In this document: positions 63,291 through 64,000 of the stretch, one piece after another
How the letters are laid out: every line of letters starts with the position of its first letter
How positions within the stretch are numbered: the first letter of the stretch is position 1
Source: Eledone cirrhosa
Lineage: Eukaryota
Direction of reading: 5' to 3'
Length of the DNA: 64,000 nucleotides
Assembly: GCA_964016885.1 (NCBI GenBank)
Contig: OZ024761.1
Coordinates: forward strand, 19,034,001 to 19,098,000
Translations under genes and position numbers: made by a program
The notes under the pieces: generated by a model
The model's database searches: none
Told to the model about the DNA's origin: nothing
The model's input: only the letters and a program-made list of their open reading frames with translations

Positions 63291-63913
63291 ATAACAACAC
63301 ATACCATAACTTCACACAACAGTACACAACACACAACAGTACACAACACAACACACTACATCACAACACACTACCTGACTACACAACACACTACATCACA
63401 CTGCACAACAACACAACACACAACAAAACAACACACTACATCACAACACACTACAACACAACACACTACATCACAACACACTACAACACAACACACTACA
63501 TCACATCACTACAACACACTACATCACATCACAACACAACACATCACACTACAACACAACACACTACATCACATCACAACACACTACAACACAACACAAC
63601 ACACTACAACACAACACACTACATCACATCACTACAACACAACACACTACATCACATCACAACACAACACACCACACTACAGAAATAAACAAACATGACC
63701 CCCCCCCCCTCCAACATTCCTCTCTTCCTCCCATTGTTATACATTATCAAACAACACTACCTCAAGGCTAAGTACTCACTCACCTCCTCCTCCTTCACTG
63801 AGTTTGTTACTTCCTCTTACTACCTCACCATTCATACTTCTATCTATGTATCTATCTAACTCTCTCTCTATCTAACTCACTCTCTATCTATCTAACTCAC
63901 TCTCTATCTATAT

Positions 63914-63962
<49 letters not shown>

Positions 63963-64000
63963 CTATCTATATCTATCAATCTAACTCACTCTCTATCTAT

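Overview
AT-rich, microsatellite-saturated eukaryotic DNA, most likely from an octopod cephalopod (inferred from its tRNA-derived SINEs). I found no convincing host exon. Most short ORFs in the track are translations of (TA)n, (CA)n or (GGT)n arrays. Real coding features are an apparently intact two-ORF Tx1/L1-clade LINE (about 11.86-17.71 kb), a 5'-truncated RTE (BovB-like) LINE with three C-terminal C2H2 fingers (45.1-48.3 kb, minus), two short RTE 3' ends and a Penelope-like (PLE) GIY-YIG tail (23.05-23.16 kb). There are also many SINEs, several MITEs, a probable solo LTR and satellites. The main hidden signal is in the short unique-looking islands between (TA)n tracts. These are mostly PLE-type terminal-repeat fragments carrying minimal type I hammerhead ribozymes (HHRs). 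By eye I count about 30 intact or near-intact HHR motifs in about 14 sequence families, roughly one per 2 kb. They include core variants (U3-A8, A4, C4, an 8-nt CUGAAUGA core, a long stem-II insertion), and many sit in fold-back inverted repeats. All structures were folded by hand, and no activity is demonstrated.
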